From sequence record LC680885.1: 64,000 nucleotides of DNA; one strand, written 5' to 3'. The stretch's first letter is position 1. Every line of letters begins with the position of its first letter. A program made the position numbers and the translations under genes. This document shows, one piece after another, positions 1-9,716 of this stretch. The notes below the pieces were generated by a model, which searched no databases, was not told the origin of the DNA, and worked only from the letters and a program-made list of their open reading frames with translations.

Positions 1-315
1 TTCTCTATTTACAATAATAATATTTACATTATAAATACCATTTTGTGGATATTCTAAACTTTGATCAATTGTACCGTAATAATTTTCATAGAAATTAGTC
101 TTAGCTATTAAATTACCTTTCATATCATCATATTCTTCTTTATTTAAGAATACATAATCTACGCCATTTTTCTCATCTTCTCTTTGCTTTCTAGTAGTTA
201 CTTGATCTAATTTTTTAAAGAATAAATGAGGATAATCTTTTTGATCTGATAAATTATTTGCCAATACAGTCTTTCCTGAACCTGATACACCACATAATAA
301 GATAAACTTTTTCAT
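1..315 (-). CDS. gmk: Guanylate kinase-like P-loop kinase (truncated by window start)
   Basis: Manual translation MKKFILLCGVSGSGKTVLANNL...VTTRKQREDEKNGVDYVFL: Walker A GxSGSGKT plus the guanylate-kinase TTRxxRxxExxGVDYxF motif. Open to position 1; not in the ORF track. Confidence 0.8.
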   Translation of the reverse strand, partial: MKKFILLCGVSGSGKTVLANNLSDQKDYPHLFFKKLDQVTTRKQREDEKNGVDYVFLNKEEYDDMKGNLIAKTNFYENYYGTIDQSLEYPQNGIYNVNIIIVNRE

Positions 316-391
316 AACTAGAAACGACCTCCAAATTTTATTATCTAATATTATTTGGTTTTCTATATTTTTTAGAAAAATTCGTTATAAA

Positions 392-1123
392 TTATGATTT
401 AATTCCATCAGATTCTCTTAATTTATCAATTAATTCTATAAATTCATTGTATTTCTTATCTACAATTTTAAGATAATTATATTGAGAATTAGAAGCAACT
501 TCATCTTTTTTCTTTTCTTTTAATTCATCACGTTTTTGGTAGTGATTATTTTTACCTTTAATTTCTATTAATAAATTAAAATCAGGAAGATAAAAATCAG
601 GCATGTAGAAATGTTTCTTATTAGCAAACGTATAAGGAATAGCTATATTAGAAGGAGATAATACATTATTAGATTTAAAATCCATTTGTTTATCTAAGAA
701 TTCTAAGAAATCTTTTTCATAAGATCCAACATATTGAGTAGGTAAACCTTTACCAGAACTCCAATGATATTTACCTGAAATTCTTCTATTTTCTAACATT
801 TTATTTTGCATTTCAGGGTCATTTAATAAAGTAGTCTTACCGTATTTTTTATTCATTCTATCTTTAAATTGTTGTCTATATTTATCTTTACATACTTTAT
901 CATGTACACGTTCATACTTTTCAGTTTGTTCATTAAATTTAGTAGGTTTACCGCATATAATGCACGTACCATGTGTTTTCTTATTTCTGAAATTAAAATA
1001 TACATTAGCTGCAGATAATTCACCTAATTCTTTTTCATGAAATTTCTCCATATGATTATAAAGACCTTTTTTATCTACATATTTCTTTGTACAGAATGGA
1101 CATTTATGATATTTTGTAGCCAT
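392..1123 (-). CDS. Zinc-finger protein with C-terminal PD-(D/E)xK (TnsA / T4 gp4-like) endonuclease domain
   Basis: CPFC..HxxxxH C2H2 finger, CIIC..HxxxC second zinc site, and YMPDFYLPDFNLLIEIKG nuclease motif. Confidence 0.6.
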   Translation of the reverse strand: MATKYHKCPFCTKKYVDKKGLYNHMEKFHEKELGELSAANVYFNFRNKKTHGTCIICGKPTKFNEQTEKYERVHDKVCKDKYRQQFKDRMNKKYGKTTLLNDPEMQNKMLENRRISGKYHWSSGKGLPTQYVGSYEKDFLEFLDKQMDFKSNNVLSPSNIAIPYTFANKKHFYMPDFYLPDFNLLIEIKGKNNHYQKRDELKEKKKDEVASNSQYNYLKIVDKKYNEFIELIDKLRESDGIKS

Positions 1124-1163
1124 TATTAATTTTCACCGTTCTTTCATTATCATTATTTAAGTA

Positions 1164-1175
1164 TAAATGCTTGTT
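1164..1175 (-). promoter_or_regulatory. AR9-type late promoter motif AACA-N6-TA
   Basis: Reverse strand reads AACA-agcatt-TA about 40 nt upstream of the 392..1123 start. Confidence 0.45.
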
Positions 1176-1302
1176 TCTATTGTTTTGTTATAAAAAATTA
1201 AGAACGCATTTATTTATAAATATAATATTATATAGTACATTAATTGAAAGTTGGTGATAGCTAATCGCTAATAAAAAGAAACATTTTAGAAATGAAATAT
1301 TC

Positions 1303-1704
1303 ATGGCTCAAAATATCTATAATCGTCAACATATGTTAGAAGATATGGAAGCTATGGGTCAAACAATCCAGAATTTAATTATAATGAAAAAAGGAACTTA
1401 TCCTAATACTCCAAATTTAGGAGTAGGAATAGAAGATTATTTATTTGAAATACTAGATAACGAAACTATATCTGATATTACTAGTAATATTAATAATCAG
1501 ATAAGTCAATATATAGTATCTTCTTCTGTTAATATAGATGTTAAAGTAATACAATTAAAAAATAGTAATGCAAATTTAAATAGTTTAAAAATTGACGTTA
1601 CATTATCAGATACAATTGATATTTCTAACGTACAAAGTTTTTCTTATGTGTTTGCGGCTAATATGTTAACTAGGAAAATGGTAACTAAACTTGTCTTAAG
1701 CTAA
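1303..1704 (+). CDS. Baseplate wedge subunit, T4 gp25-like
   Basis: 133 aa with the KGTYPNTPNLGVGIEDYLFE motif typical of the gp25/GPW family. Confidence 0.65.
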   Translation: MAQNIYNRQHMLEDMEAMGQTIQNLIIMKKGTYPNTPNLGVGIEDYLFEILDNETISDITSNINNQISQYIVSSSVNIDVKVIQLKNSNANLNSLKIDVTLSDTIDISNVQSFSYVFAANMLTRKMVTKLVLS

Positions 1705-1746
1705 GACTTTAAAAATAATAAAAGAAAAGAATGGAGAAATAGATAA

Positions 1747-3258
1747 ATGGTAAAAAAAGCAGATAACAATGAACTTAATGATTTTATGTCTGAAGAAGAA
1801 TTAAATGAAGTTAGTCAAGGTTCTTCTAATAATGATGAGAAACAAGAACAGAAACAAAGTACTCAAAAACAACAACATAATAAAAATAATCAAGGTAATA
1901 AAAAGAAAAATAACAATCGCAGAAGAAATAATAATAAACATAATCAACAAGATAAGAAACAAAATCAAAATAGCAAATCAGCAATTCCAACTCAAAGAAA
2001 CAAAGACAATCAAACTATGATGAGTGCTAGTGTTGATAGTGATAATCAACAAGAACAAGCTAAAACAGATCATATTAATTTAGATGGTCCTCAACCAGGC
2101 GAAGGTTTTGTTGACTATGAAAACTTAACTTCATATGGATTTAATGAAGGAAAATCAAATGAAGATACTTCTAGCATGACATTATCTGATTTTGAAGAAC
2201 AACAAGAACAAAAAGCTAAAAAAGATTATGAAAATCAAAAAGCTATTAGTGAAATTGAAAGTATTAGCAGTGATGAAAGAGCTAATCTATTAAATAATAT
2301 TAATGTAGATTTAGATAATATTGAAATTATTTCTGACATTGATTATGATATTGATAAAGAAAACACTAATTTCGTATTAAATAGTAAAGCAACTCATCAA
2401 GTTGTATTACCACAATCAGCATACATTGCTCATATGGAAAGTTTACGTAACCAAGAGATTTTATCTATTGCTGAATCTATTGATGATGATTACAATGCAA
2501 TGTTAAAACGTTATCAATTATACTTCCATAAAATGAATACAAATTCATTAGGAATTAATAACTTCCAAGATTTCGCTAGATTAACTTCTGTATATGATGT
2601 TAGTACTATTGAATACGGATTATACAATATTTCATTCCCTGGTGAAACTAAATTTGATATTAGATGTGGTAGCTGTAAAGCTGAATTAAAAGACGTTAAA
2701 GTTTCTAATGATCAATTAATGTCATTTAAAGATGAAGATGCTTTCGATCATGTTACTAAAAATGTTAAGAATATCACTAGTGTTGATGAAAATAAAGAAC
2801 ACTCATTAATTTATACTGAACAACGTATTGCTTTAAGAGATTCTAAAATTATCTTTGAAATTGTAACACCTACTGTTGAAAAACACTTAAGAGTTTTAGG
2901 TAGTATCCATATGGACGGTTTAACTGAAGATGAATCAGAAAGATTTAAACAAAATGCCACAGCTTTAATGCATGTTAAAAATGTTTATATCCCTGACTTA
3001 AAAACACTTAAAGAAGGACAAAAACCTAAGTTCCGTAAATTAAGTGAAGATAACATGAAAGATAAAATGAAAATTATTGAAAATCTTTCTATTCGTGATG
3101 GACATCAATTAACTGATGCTATTTATGATCGTGTTAATAAACATGCTATTGAATATGCTATTAAAGGTGCAAACTGTCCTAATTGTGGAGAAGATTTAGG
3201 TAAAATTGATATTGACATGAGTGAAATGCTTTTTCGGGAAGCGCTGCATTTGGTTTAG
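1747..3258 (+). CDS. Tail/baseplate assembly protein (T4 gp26-like or tail assembly chaperone) with low-complexity N-terminus
   Basis: N/Q/K-rich N-terminus, CGSC and CPNC zinc-ribbon pairs, follows the gp25-like gene. Confidence 0.45.
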   Translation: MVKKADNNELNDFMSEEELNEVSQGSSNNDEKQEQKQSTQKQQHNKNNQGNKKKNNNRRRNNNKHNQQDKKQNQNSKSAIPTQRNKDNQTMMSASVDSDNQQEQAKTDHINLDGPQPGEGFVDYENLTSYGFNEGKSNEDTSSMTLSDFEEQQEQKAKKDYENQKAISEIESISSDERANLLNNINVDLDNIEIISDIDYDIDKENTNFVLNSKATHQVVLPQSAYIAHMESLRNQEILSIAESIDDDYNAMLKRYQLYFHKMNTNSLGINNFQDFARLTSVYDVSTIEYGLYNISFPGETKFDIRCGSCKAELKDVKVSNDQLMSFKDEDAFDHVTKNVKNITSVDENKEHSLIYTEQRIALRDSKIIFEIVTPTVEKHLRVLGSIHMDGLTEDESERFKQNATALMHVKNVYIPDLKTLKEGQKPKFRKLSEDNMKDKMKIIENLSIRDGHQLTDAIYDRVNKHAIEYAIKGANCPNCGEDLGKIDIDMSEMLFREALHLV

Positions 3259-3524
3259 TAACAACGACCAACTCCAAGCAGTATAGAAAAAAGGTCTTTG
3301 ATGATGCAGCGTATATAGCATATTTGCTTGATTTATTTGAAGGACGTTTATCTTTTAATGAAATTCTTAATATGGAATTAAATATATTAAATTCTATGGT
3401 TAAAGCCAAAGAAAAAGAAATGAAAAATAAACGTATGCAACAACAAAAATTAGAATCTGCTCAAAGAAGAGATTTTAATAATGGAATGCCTAAAGTAGAA
3501 CTACCAAGACATTTAAATAATTAA
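3225..3524 (+). CDS. Small ORF in the -1 frame of the upstream gene; probable frameshift extension (gp51 / GT-like)
   Basis: Frame is open from 3225. The track start (TTG 3324) lacks a Shine-Dalgarno. LFEGRLSFNEILNM resembles chaperone-extension sequences. Confidence 0.45.
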   Translation, partial: NAFSGSAAFGLVTTTNSKQYRKKVFDDAAYIAYLLDLFEGRLSFNEILNMELNILNSMVKAKEKEMKNKRMQQQKLESAQRRDFNNGMPKVELPRHLNN

Positions 3525-3552
3525 AAAAGAAATGAAAGGAGCTGACTATTGA

Positions 3553-3846
3553 TTGGTTACTAATACTAAAGATAGTCAGAAAATCCTTCATATTTATGAT
3601 TCTCTTGTTGAAGATGATGATAATATTTTATCATCTCTATGTCATTCTAATAAAGGTTTAGTATTTGTAAATCTTTTATATGACCTAGATTATAAAATTA
3701 AAGAAGGATTTTCTAAGAACTATAATGAATTTGATTACATTATTTTGGAAACAGAAGATAAAGAAAAATTAAAAGAAAAAGTTTCATATATAAAAAATTT
3801 AAAATTTGAAGACAACAAGAATAGTATAAGAATTTCAATTGTATAA
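3553..3846 (+). CDS. Hypothetical protein
   Basis: 97-aa ORF, TTG start, AAAGGAG upstream. Confidence 0.6.
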   Translation: MVTNTKDSQKILHIYDSLVEDDDNILSSLCHSNKGLVFVNLLYDLDYKIKEGFSKNYNEFDYIILETEDKEKLKEKVSYIKNLKFEDNKNSIRISIV

Positions 3847-3863
3847 AGTGAGGTCTAAAAAGA

Positions 3864-5606
3864 ATGTTAGATAAGAATAAAGAAAAGAAGAAATTAGTTT
3901 CAAATATTGTAGATGAGGATTCATATAAAGATATAGCTGAATTAACTATTGATACTATTTCAAATACGTTAATGAAATCATTAGGTTATTTCGGATCTAC
4001 AACTATTTTTGATGATGGTATTAGTAGATATGTAACTAAAGACGGTTATAATATCCTAAAAAATATTAGATTTCAAGATACAATCGCTACAGCTATTTTG
4101 AATTTTATTAAAGAAGTATCGTTATCACTAGTTAAATCAGTGGGAGATGGATCAACTTCATCAGTAATTAACTCACAAGCTATGTTTAAAGAAATTAATA
4201 AAAGACTAAAAGAAAAAGATGATTTAGGTGGATATTCTCGTAAAGAAATTTCTGATTCATTAAATAATATGAAAGAATTAATTTCTAAAGAATTAACTTC
4301 AAAATCTACTAAAATTGATCAAGATAATTTCCATAAATTAAAAAATATCGCTACAGTATCTAATAATAATGATGAAAAATTAGGAGAAATGGTTTATGAA
4401 ATTTTCTCTAAAATTGGTAATAAAGGTTTTATATTCCCTGAAGTTTCTGATAATGAAGAAGACCATTATTCATTAACTAGAGGTATTGAAACACCACATG
4501 CATTATTAGATAATAAATTAATTAATAATAAAGATGATCATTCAGTTGATTTTAGTAAACCTTATGTAGTTGTTGTTAATGATAAACTAACTGAAGAAGA
4601 TATTGTATGGACATCAAATATTATTTCTAAAGTTAAACCGTTCTCAGGACAAGGATTAATATTCTTTGCTCCAGCTTTTTCTAAAGAGTTTAAAGATTAT
4701 ATTAAAAATAATTTACATGCTAATAGAAATAATGGTTCATTACAAGCAGTTGAAACTGACTTTGAATTATCTATTGGTTCTCATTATCATGATCCAGAAA
4801 AATTAGAAGATTTAGCTATATATACAGGTGGTTCTATTATTGATAAAACTATGGAAAAAGAAGATTTCTATAAACAAGTTGAGTCTATTGTAGAACTTCC
4901 TGAAAATGACCCAGAATGGTTATTATTTAAAGAAACTGTAATTGGTAGAGCTGAAAGAATTACTATTGATAATTTTAAAACACAAATTATTAATGGTTAT
5001 GGTAATGGTACTCAAAAACTTAAAGATAGAATTTCAGAAATTAATAATGAGATAACTTATTATACTGATATGAATTCAGATCAAGCTATTACAGCTATTA
5101 CTGATTTACAAAAACGAGCAAATTCTTTAAATAATGCTATTGCTAAATTATACGTTGGTGGTTCTTCTCAAGCAGAAAAAACTTCTAGACTATACTTAGT
5201 AGAGGATTCAGTGCATGCTTCTAAATCTGCTTTAGAATACGGTTATGTATCTGGAGGTAACTTATCAGTAAATAAAGTTATTAAAAATATCAATAGAGAC
5301 GTTTTAAGTGATTTAGATAATCTAACATTAGATTTAATTGATATATCTTCAAGAGAAGTTTATCATAAAGTATTAGAAAACTTTAATAGATTTAGTTCGG
5401 GAGAAATTGAATCTATCACTCAAACTTGTATAGATAAAGATGCTATATTGAATATTAAAAATAATGAATATGAAGATGATGTTAATACAGATATTATCAA
5501 CTCAGTAGAGACAGATATCAAAATATTAGAAACAACTATTAGTATTATAGGATTGATTTCACTAAGTAACCAATTCTTAACTAATTCAGTCATTATTCCA
5601 CAATAA
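3864..5606 (+). CDS. groEL: Phage chaperonin, GroEL-like
   Basis: TKDGYNIL, VGDGSTS (GDGTTT variant), IATVS, LYVGGSSQAE, VEDSVHA and YVSGG motifs; 580 aa; no GroES alongside. Confidence 0.9.
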   Translation: MLDKNKEKKKLVSNIVDEDSYKDIAELTIDTISNTLMKSLGYFGSTTIFDDGISRYVTKDGYNILKNIRFQDTIATAILNFIKEVSLSLVKSVGDGSTSSVINSQAMFKEINKRLKEKDDLGGYSRKEISDSLNNMKELISKELTSKSTKIDQDNFHKLKNIATVSNNNDEKLGEMVYEIFSKIGNKGFIFPEVSDNEEDHYSLTRGIETPHALLDNKLINNKDDHSVDFSKPYVVVVNDKLTEEDIVWTSNIISKVKPFSGQGLIFFAPAFSKEFKDYIKNNLHANRNNGSLQAVETDFELSIGSHYHDPEKLEDLAIYTGGSIIDKTMEKEDFYKQVESIVELPENDPEWLLFKETVIGRAERITIDNFKTQIINGYGNGTQKLKDRISEINNEITYYTDMNSDQAITAITDLQKRANSLNNAIAKLYVGGSSQAEKTSRLYLVEDSVHASKSALEYGYVSGGNLSVNKVIKNINRDVLSDLDNLTLDLIDISSREVYHKVLENFNRFSSGEIESITQTCIDKDAILNIKNNEYEDDVNTDIINSVETDIKILETTISIIGLISLSNQFLTNSVIIPQ

Positions 5607-5614
5607 AACTTATT

Positions 5615-5654
5615 GCCGAAACCATTTGAACATTAATGGTTTCGGCTTATTTTT
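5615..5654 (+). terminator. Intrinsic terminator
   Basis: GCCGAAACCATT/AATGGTTTCGGC 12-bp stem followed by a T-rich tail. Confidence 0.8.
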
Positions 5655-5775
5655 GTGAATATAATTATCTTAATAATCTTTTTTACAAAATTAGATTTTT
5701 ATGATTTTTTATTTGCTTTTTTGCTAATTTTTTGTTATAATTAAAAATATATTAAGTAGGAGGAATTATATAAAA

Positions 5776-6549
5776 TTGACTAATTTTACAGCTTCTCAAT
5801 TTCTCAAAAACCCTACAGGAAAAGGTTCAGCTACAGTAGCTAGACGTGATAGAATCATATTAGATATGAGAACTAGATTTTCTTATCTTTATAAAAAGAA
5901 TAGAAAGAATTTTAAATTAAAAATATTCTTATATCAAGATAAATACTATTTCTATTTCCAAATACCTTCAGAAGATTATTTTAAAGAGAATCTATCTTAT
6001 GATGTTATTATTGAATTTAGACCACCTAATGAAAGAGCAGCTAAAGCAAAAGATCTTAATAATTACTTAATAAGATTTATTAGTAATTCACCTAACTTTA
6101 TGTTTACATATGGTTATCTATATAATAAAGATGATTTACTAATAAGTTGGTTAAGTTATAAATTAGGACCTAAGGCTTTAAATCAACCTCCAGAAGTTAG
6201 AAACCCTAGACTTGAATACGGTTTTGAGAAATCAGTTTATTTTGCACTTCTGTATTTAGAGACTAACCCTAAAGCATTAAAAAATCCGCTTCATTTGACA
6301 TTACCTAACAGACAAAGAATTAAAAGTTCTTTCAAATCTTCAGAATTAAAATTACGTGAATACAATAAGATTAAAAAACAGAAAAATTCTTCTAAGAAAA
6401 ACTCATCAGGTATTAAAAGACAAATAAGTAATCGTGTCGATAAAAGAAATGAAGAAAAGAAAAGAGTAACTAAACCTATTAATAGAAAAGTTAAACCTAT
6501 AGGTAAGGTTAAAAAAGTTAAGAAGACTAACTCTATAAAACGAAAATGA
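5776..6549 (+). CDS. Hypothetical protein with basic C-terminal tail
   Basis: 257-aa ORF, AGGAGG upstream, K/R-rich end. Confidence 0.7.
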   Translation: MTNFTASQFLKNPTGKGSATVARRDRIILDMRTRFSYLYKKNRKNFKLKIFLYQDKYYFYFQIPSEDYFKENLSYDVIIEFRPPNERAAKAKDLNNYLIRFISNSPNFMFTYGYLYNKDDLLISWLSYKLGPKALNQPPEVRNPRLEYGFEKSVYFALLYLETNPKALKNPLHLTLPNRQRIKSSFKSSELKLREYNKIKKQKNSSKKNSSGIKRQISNRVDKRNEEKKRVTKPINRKVKPIGKVKKVKKTNSIKRK

Positions 6550-6555
6550 TTTATT

Positions 6556-6575
6556 AAATATATATTATATAAATG
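6556..6575 (+). promoter_or_regulatory. Putative early promoter motif AAAYATATATWAT-N3-AATG
   Basis: AAATATATATTAT-ATA-AATG followed by a short hairpin; the motif recurs at several operon starts. Confidence 0.55.
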
Positions 6576-6625
6576 ATAAATAATACTTATTTATCATAAT
6601 TATTATTTAAGGAGAGTGCCTGATA

Positions 6626-8359
6626 TTGGATAAAGTTAAAGAATTAGAGTACAAAGAGGATTTAGATTTAAAAAAGATTGATGAATTAGTTAATAATGAC
6701 GTGGAAGTACCCCTATTATCTAGTAATGTCAATAAGCTTAAAAGAGTCTCTGGTAATTTTGAATTAACTAATGAATACATTAATTCTAAAGACTTAGATA
6801 CACTTGAAAGAAAAAATAAAAATGGTAAAATTGAATTGGAGTACATACAGAGAACAGATATTCTACCATTAGTTAAATTTATTGAAAGTGAAAAGAATGA
6901 TACTATATTTATAGATTTCAATAAGATATTAGAAACTGATAATCGTAAAGTACCTAAGGATGAAGAGTTTGATAATATATTTACTATTCAAATTAAACAA
7001 AGATCTTACAAGAGTATTTTAGATTATATTGTAAATGATATGAATTTTATAGTTAATGAGATTCCTCACATAATGATTAAAGGTGCTACTATATTAAGTA
7101 AGATAGCTAAATTAAGAGAGAATTATAAAGAAGAAGATTTCTTCAGAGATATTCAGAATATTATTGAAGATGAAGATTTAAGAAATGTTATTAGAAATAT
7201 TGTTGATAATAACTATACAATTAATTTAGATCAAACTAATGCTGAAGCTATGTTACAAAGTAAGAAAGTTATTAAGAGAGATTTACAAGTAACTGACCAA
7301 GTAAATAAATCATTCTTATCTACAGCTGTAATGCAAAGATTTATTATTCCGTTTATTAGTCAATATTATGTAACTACCAATAAGTATCATTGTGAAAATT
7401 CTGATGCAGATAAGGAAAGAACTAAAAATGGTTACTTTAAAGCATTTAATTATTGTATGTGTATTTCTTCATTCGATTATAATGTAAGTAATAATAATAA
7501 ACTTTATAAAATTGTAGAACCTAAAGTAATCAAAACAAAATACAATGATAGAGTTATCTGGAGATTCTTAGATTTACGTTCAATTGACCCTGACACTGTT
7601 ATTAATAAAATAATGGATAAAATCATTAGACAAATTGTATGTAAATTATTAGTAGATACTTCTGCAGTATCTTACTTTACGTCTGTTATTAAATTCTCAA
7701 TCGATTATGAATTTCAGTACAAATATCCAATTAAGTTTAGATCAATACGTTTATCTACAGATGATGACGATGATGAAGATAGCTTCGATAAATTCCAAAT
7801 GAATAACTTCCATAAAGTTAATGAACGTTTAGATTTAGCTAATAAAATCACTATTGATAGATTTATTAATGAACGTTTAGAAGAATTAAATATTAGTGAT
7901 GATTACATTAATCGTTTATATGATAAATTTGATTATATTAATGACTTACAATCTCATTTAATTAAAGTTTATTTTGCTGAATACTTTAACGTTAATACAA
8001 ATGATAGAAAGAGCATTGTTTCATTACTGGCTATTATGTCTAAAGAACTTATTGATAATAATATGGAAACTTTAGGAAAAATAGTAGCAAGTAAAGTTGT
8101 TTCAGGTACAAAAGCTAAAAATGTAGGTAAATTATCATTAGACGTAATTGCAGATAAATATTATATTGCTGCTTGGGATAAATATAGATTTATCAATGAT
8201 ATTACTGAAAAAGATAACTTTATCTTACGTATAGCATTAGTAAATGGATATTCATTTAACTTCACTCCTGAAGATAAAGAAGAAGATGAAGAAGTTATTG
8301 CTGATATTGATAAGAAATACTTTATCTCTGAAGTATCACAATTTATTTCTCAATACTAA
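6626..8359 (+). CDS. Large hypothetical protein; candidate promoter-specificity subunit of non-virion RNA polymerase (AR9 gp226-like)
   Basis: 577-aa helical protein. The call rests only on position two genes from the chaperonin (AR9 gp228/gp226 arrangement) and the early-type promoter. Confidence 0.3.
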   Translation: MDKVKELEYKEDLDLKKIDELVNNDVEVPLLSSNVNKLKRVSGNFELTNEYINSKDLDTLERKNKNGKIELEYIQRTDILPLVKFIESEKNDTIFIDFNKILETDNRKVPKDEEFDNIFTIQIKQRSYKSILDYIVNDMNFIVNEIPHIMIKGATILSKIAKLRENYKEEDFFRDIQNIIEDEDLRNVIRNIVDNNYTINLDQTNAEAMLQSKKVIKRDLQVTDQVNKSFLSTAVMQRFIIPFISQYYVTTNKYHCENSDADKERTKNGYFKAFNYCMCISSFDYNVSNNNKLYKIVEPKVIKTKYNDRVIWRFLDLRSIDPDTVINKIMDKIIRQIVCKLLVDTSAVSYFTSVIKFSIDYEFQYKYPIKFRSIRLSTDDDDDEDSFDKFQMNNFHKVNERLDLANKITIDRFINERLEELNISDDYINRLYDKFDYINDLQSHLIKVYFAEYFNVNTNDRKSIVSLLAIMSKELIDNNMETLGKIVASKVVSGTKAKNVGKLSLDVIADKYYIAAWDKYRFINDITEKDNFILRIALVNGYSFNFTPEDKEEDEEVIADIDKKYFISEVSQFISQY

Positions 8360-8378
8360 AAAAAAAAATATTAAAAAT

Positions 8379-8413
8379 TACCCATACACTCTATATTAAT
8401 GAGTGTATGGGTA
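8379..8413. terminator. Bidirectional intrinsic terminator
   Basis: TACCCATACACTC/GAGTGTATGGGTA stem between convergent genes, with an A-run upstream and a T-run downstream. Confidence 0.85.
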
Positions 8414-8449
8414 TATTATTTCTTTTTTTTTTTTGGATCATAGAAAATT

Positions 8450-9589
8450 TTACCGATTTAATTCTCCTTCAAATAAATAATCTATATTAATGTAAGTTCT
8501 TTCAAATATTTCTTCATTAAGTCTTTTAATCTCATTGGGATCATTAAAATCTATTATTTGAGAAGATAATATATTTTGAATTTTACTTCCATCAATTTCA
8601 TCAACTATATGAGGATGATTGAATAGTTTAAACCTTTTAATTAGTTCTTCTAACTTTTCTTCTTTTAATTCATTTTCAAATAGCTTTCTTAAAGATGATT
8701 CATTATTATATTCTTTTAGAGGAGATAATTTTAAATCAGATATCATTTTATCTAATAATTTTACAGTTGATACTGGACCATAGCTTGGTATTGATTTGTA
8801 TTCTTGATCTTTATGTTCCATAAATAAGTTATATAAGTCTAATATATTATAATCTATATTAACAAAATCGTTAATATCTTTTTTAGTACTAGAGCTAAAT
8901 AATTCGTCTTTAATATTCTCTTTAGTTATTACTTTACTCTTTTCTGATCCACGTAGTTCTAATAGTAATAATCTATCTTTATATTTTAATAACTGTCTAT
9001 ATATTTTATCGTTACTAACTATTAATGAATAATCATCATCATTTTCAATATTAGTTTTAGATAATATATAATAAGGTAATATAGTTGGTTCTATTTTATA
9101 AGTGTCTATAAAATATGCGTTAGGTATATATTTAACTATAGTTTTAACTAATTCTAAAGTTGATTTAATAGTCTTATTAGTATCTCTATAAGTTATATTG
9201 TCTTTATCCATCTTTTTATAATATTCTTTCTTATACCCTTCATCAATATTAGTATGATATATTGACTCTTTATCTGAATAGAATAGGAAGAATCTACTAT
9301 GCATATTTAATCTACTAGCGAAGAAATGTCTATAATGTCCTATTATATTAACTAATTCAACAACTAAATTCAATCTATCTTTAGTTTTTACATGTGTAAA
9401 ATTTTCAGCTATTTGAGGTGAATACAATTGTTTAATAACTGAATTTAAATCTACATATATAGTTACATTATCATTTTTAGTATTACTACCAAACCTACCT
9501 CCTTCTACATAAGGTCTAACTAACTCAGTCATTTTGTTATAATTTAATTTTTTAGAGTTTATTATACGTTCTATTATACTAATATCCAT
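8450..9589 (-). CDS. 5'-3' exonuclease / flap endonuclease (T4 RNase H-like), divergent
   Basis: IYVDLNS, IVSNDKIYRQL and SIPSYGPVSTVKLL match FEN/RNase H motifs. Start moved to the ATG at 9589 because 9610 lies inside the promoter motif. Confidence 0.55.
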   Translation of the reverse strand: MDISIIERIINSKKLNYNKMTELVRPYVEGGRFGSNTKNDNVTIYVDLNSVIKQLYSPQIAENFTHVKTKDRLNLVVELVNIIGHYRHFFASRLNMHSRFFLFYSDKESIYHTNIDEGYKKEYYKKMDKDNITYRDTNKTIKSTLELVKTIVKYIPNAYFIDTYKIEPTILPYYILSKTNIENDDDYSLIVSNDKIYRQLLKYKDRLLLLELRGSEKSKVITKENIKDELFSSSTKKDINDFVNIDYNILDLYNLFMEHKDQEYKSIPSYGPVSTVKLLDKMISDLKLSPLKEYNNESSLRKLFENELKEEKLEELIKRFKLFNHPHIVDEIDGSKIQNILSSQIIDFNDPNEIKRLNEEIFERTYINIDYLFEGELNR

Positions 9590-9607
9590 ATGTATTCCAC
9601 ATCCTTT

Positions 9608-9627
9608 CATTGTTATAATATATAATT
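9608..9627 (-). promoter_or_regulatory. Putative early promoter motif
   Basis: Reverse strand reads AATTATATATTAT-AAC-AATG. Confidence 0.5.
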
Positions 9628-9669
9628 ATATATTAATTCGTAATTTTATAAAAATTGATATTACCTAGT

Positions 9670-9681
9670 AACATTCACTTA
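9670..9681 (+). promoter_or_regulatory. AR9-type late promoter motif AACA-N6-TA
   Basis: AACA-ttcact-TA about 35 nt upstream of 9717. Confidence 0.5.
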
Positions 9682-9716
9682 TAATAATAAGTATCGGGAA
9701 GTCGGTGAATTAAAAA

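Noticed and set aside
1747-2200. N/Q/K-rich repeats as a DNA repeat element
   Set aside because: Low-complexity coding sequence without a fixed nucleotide period.
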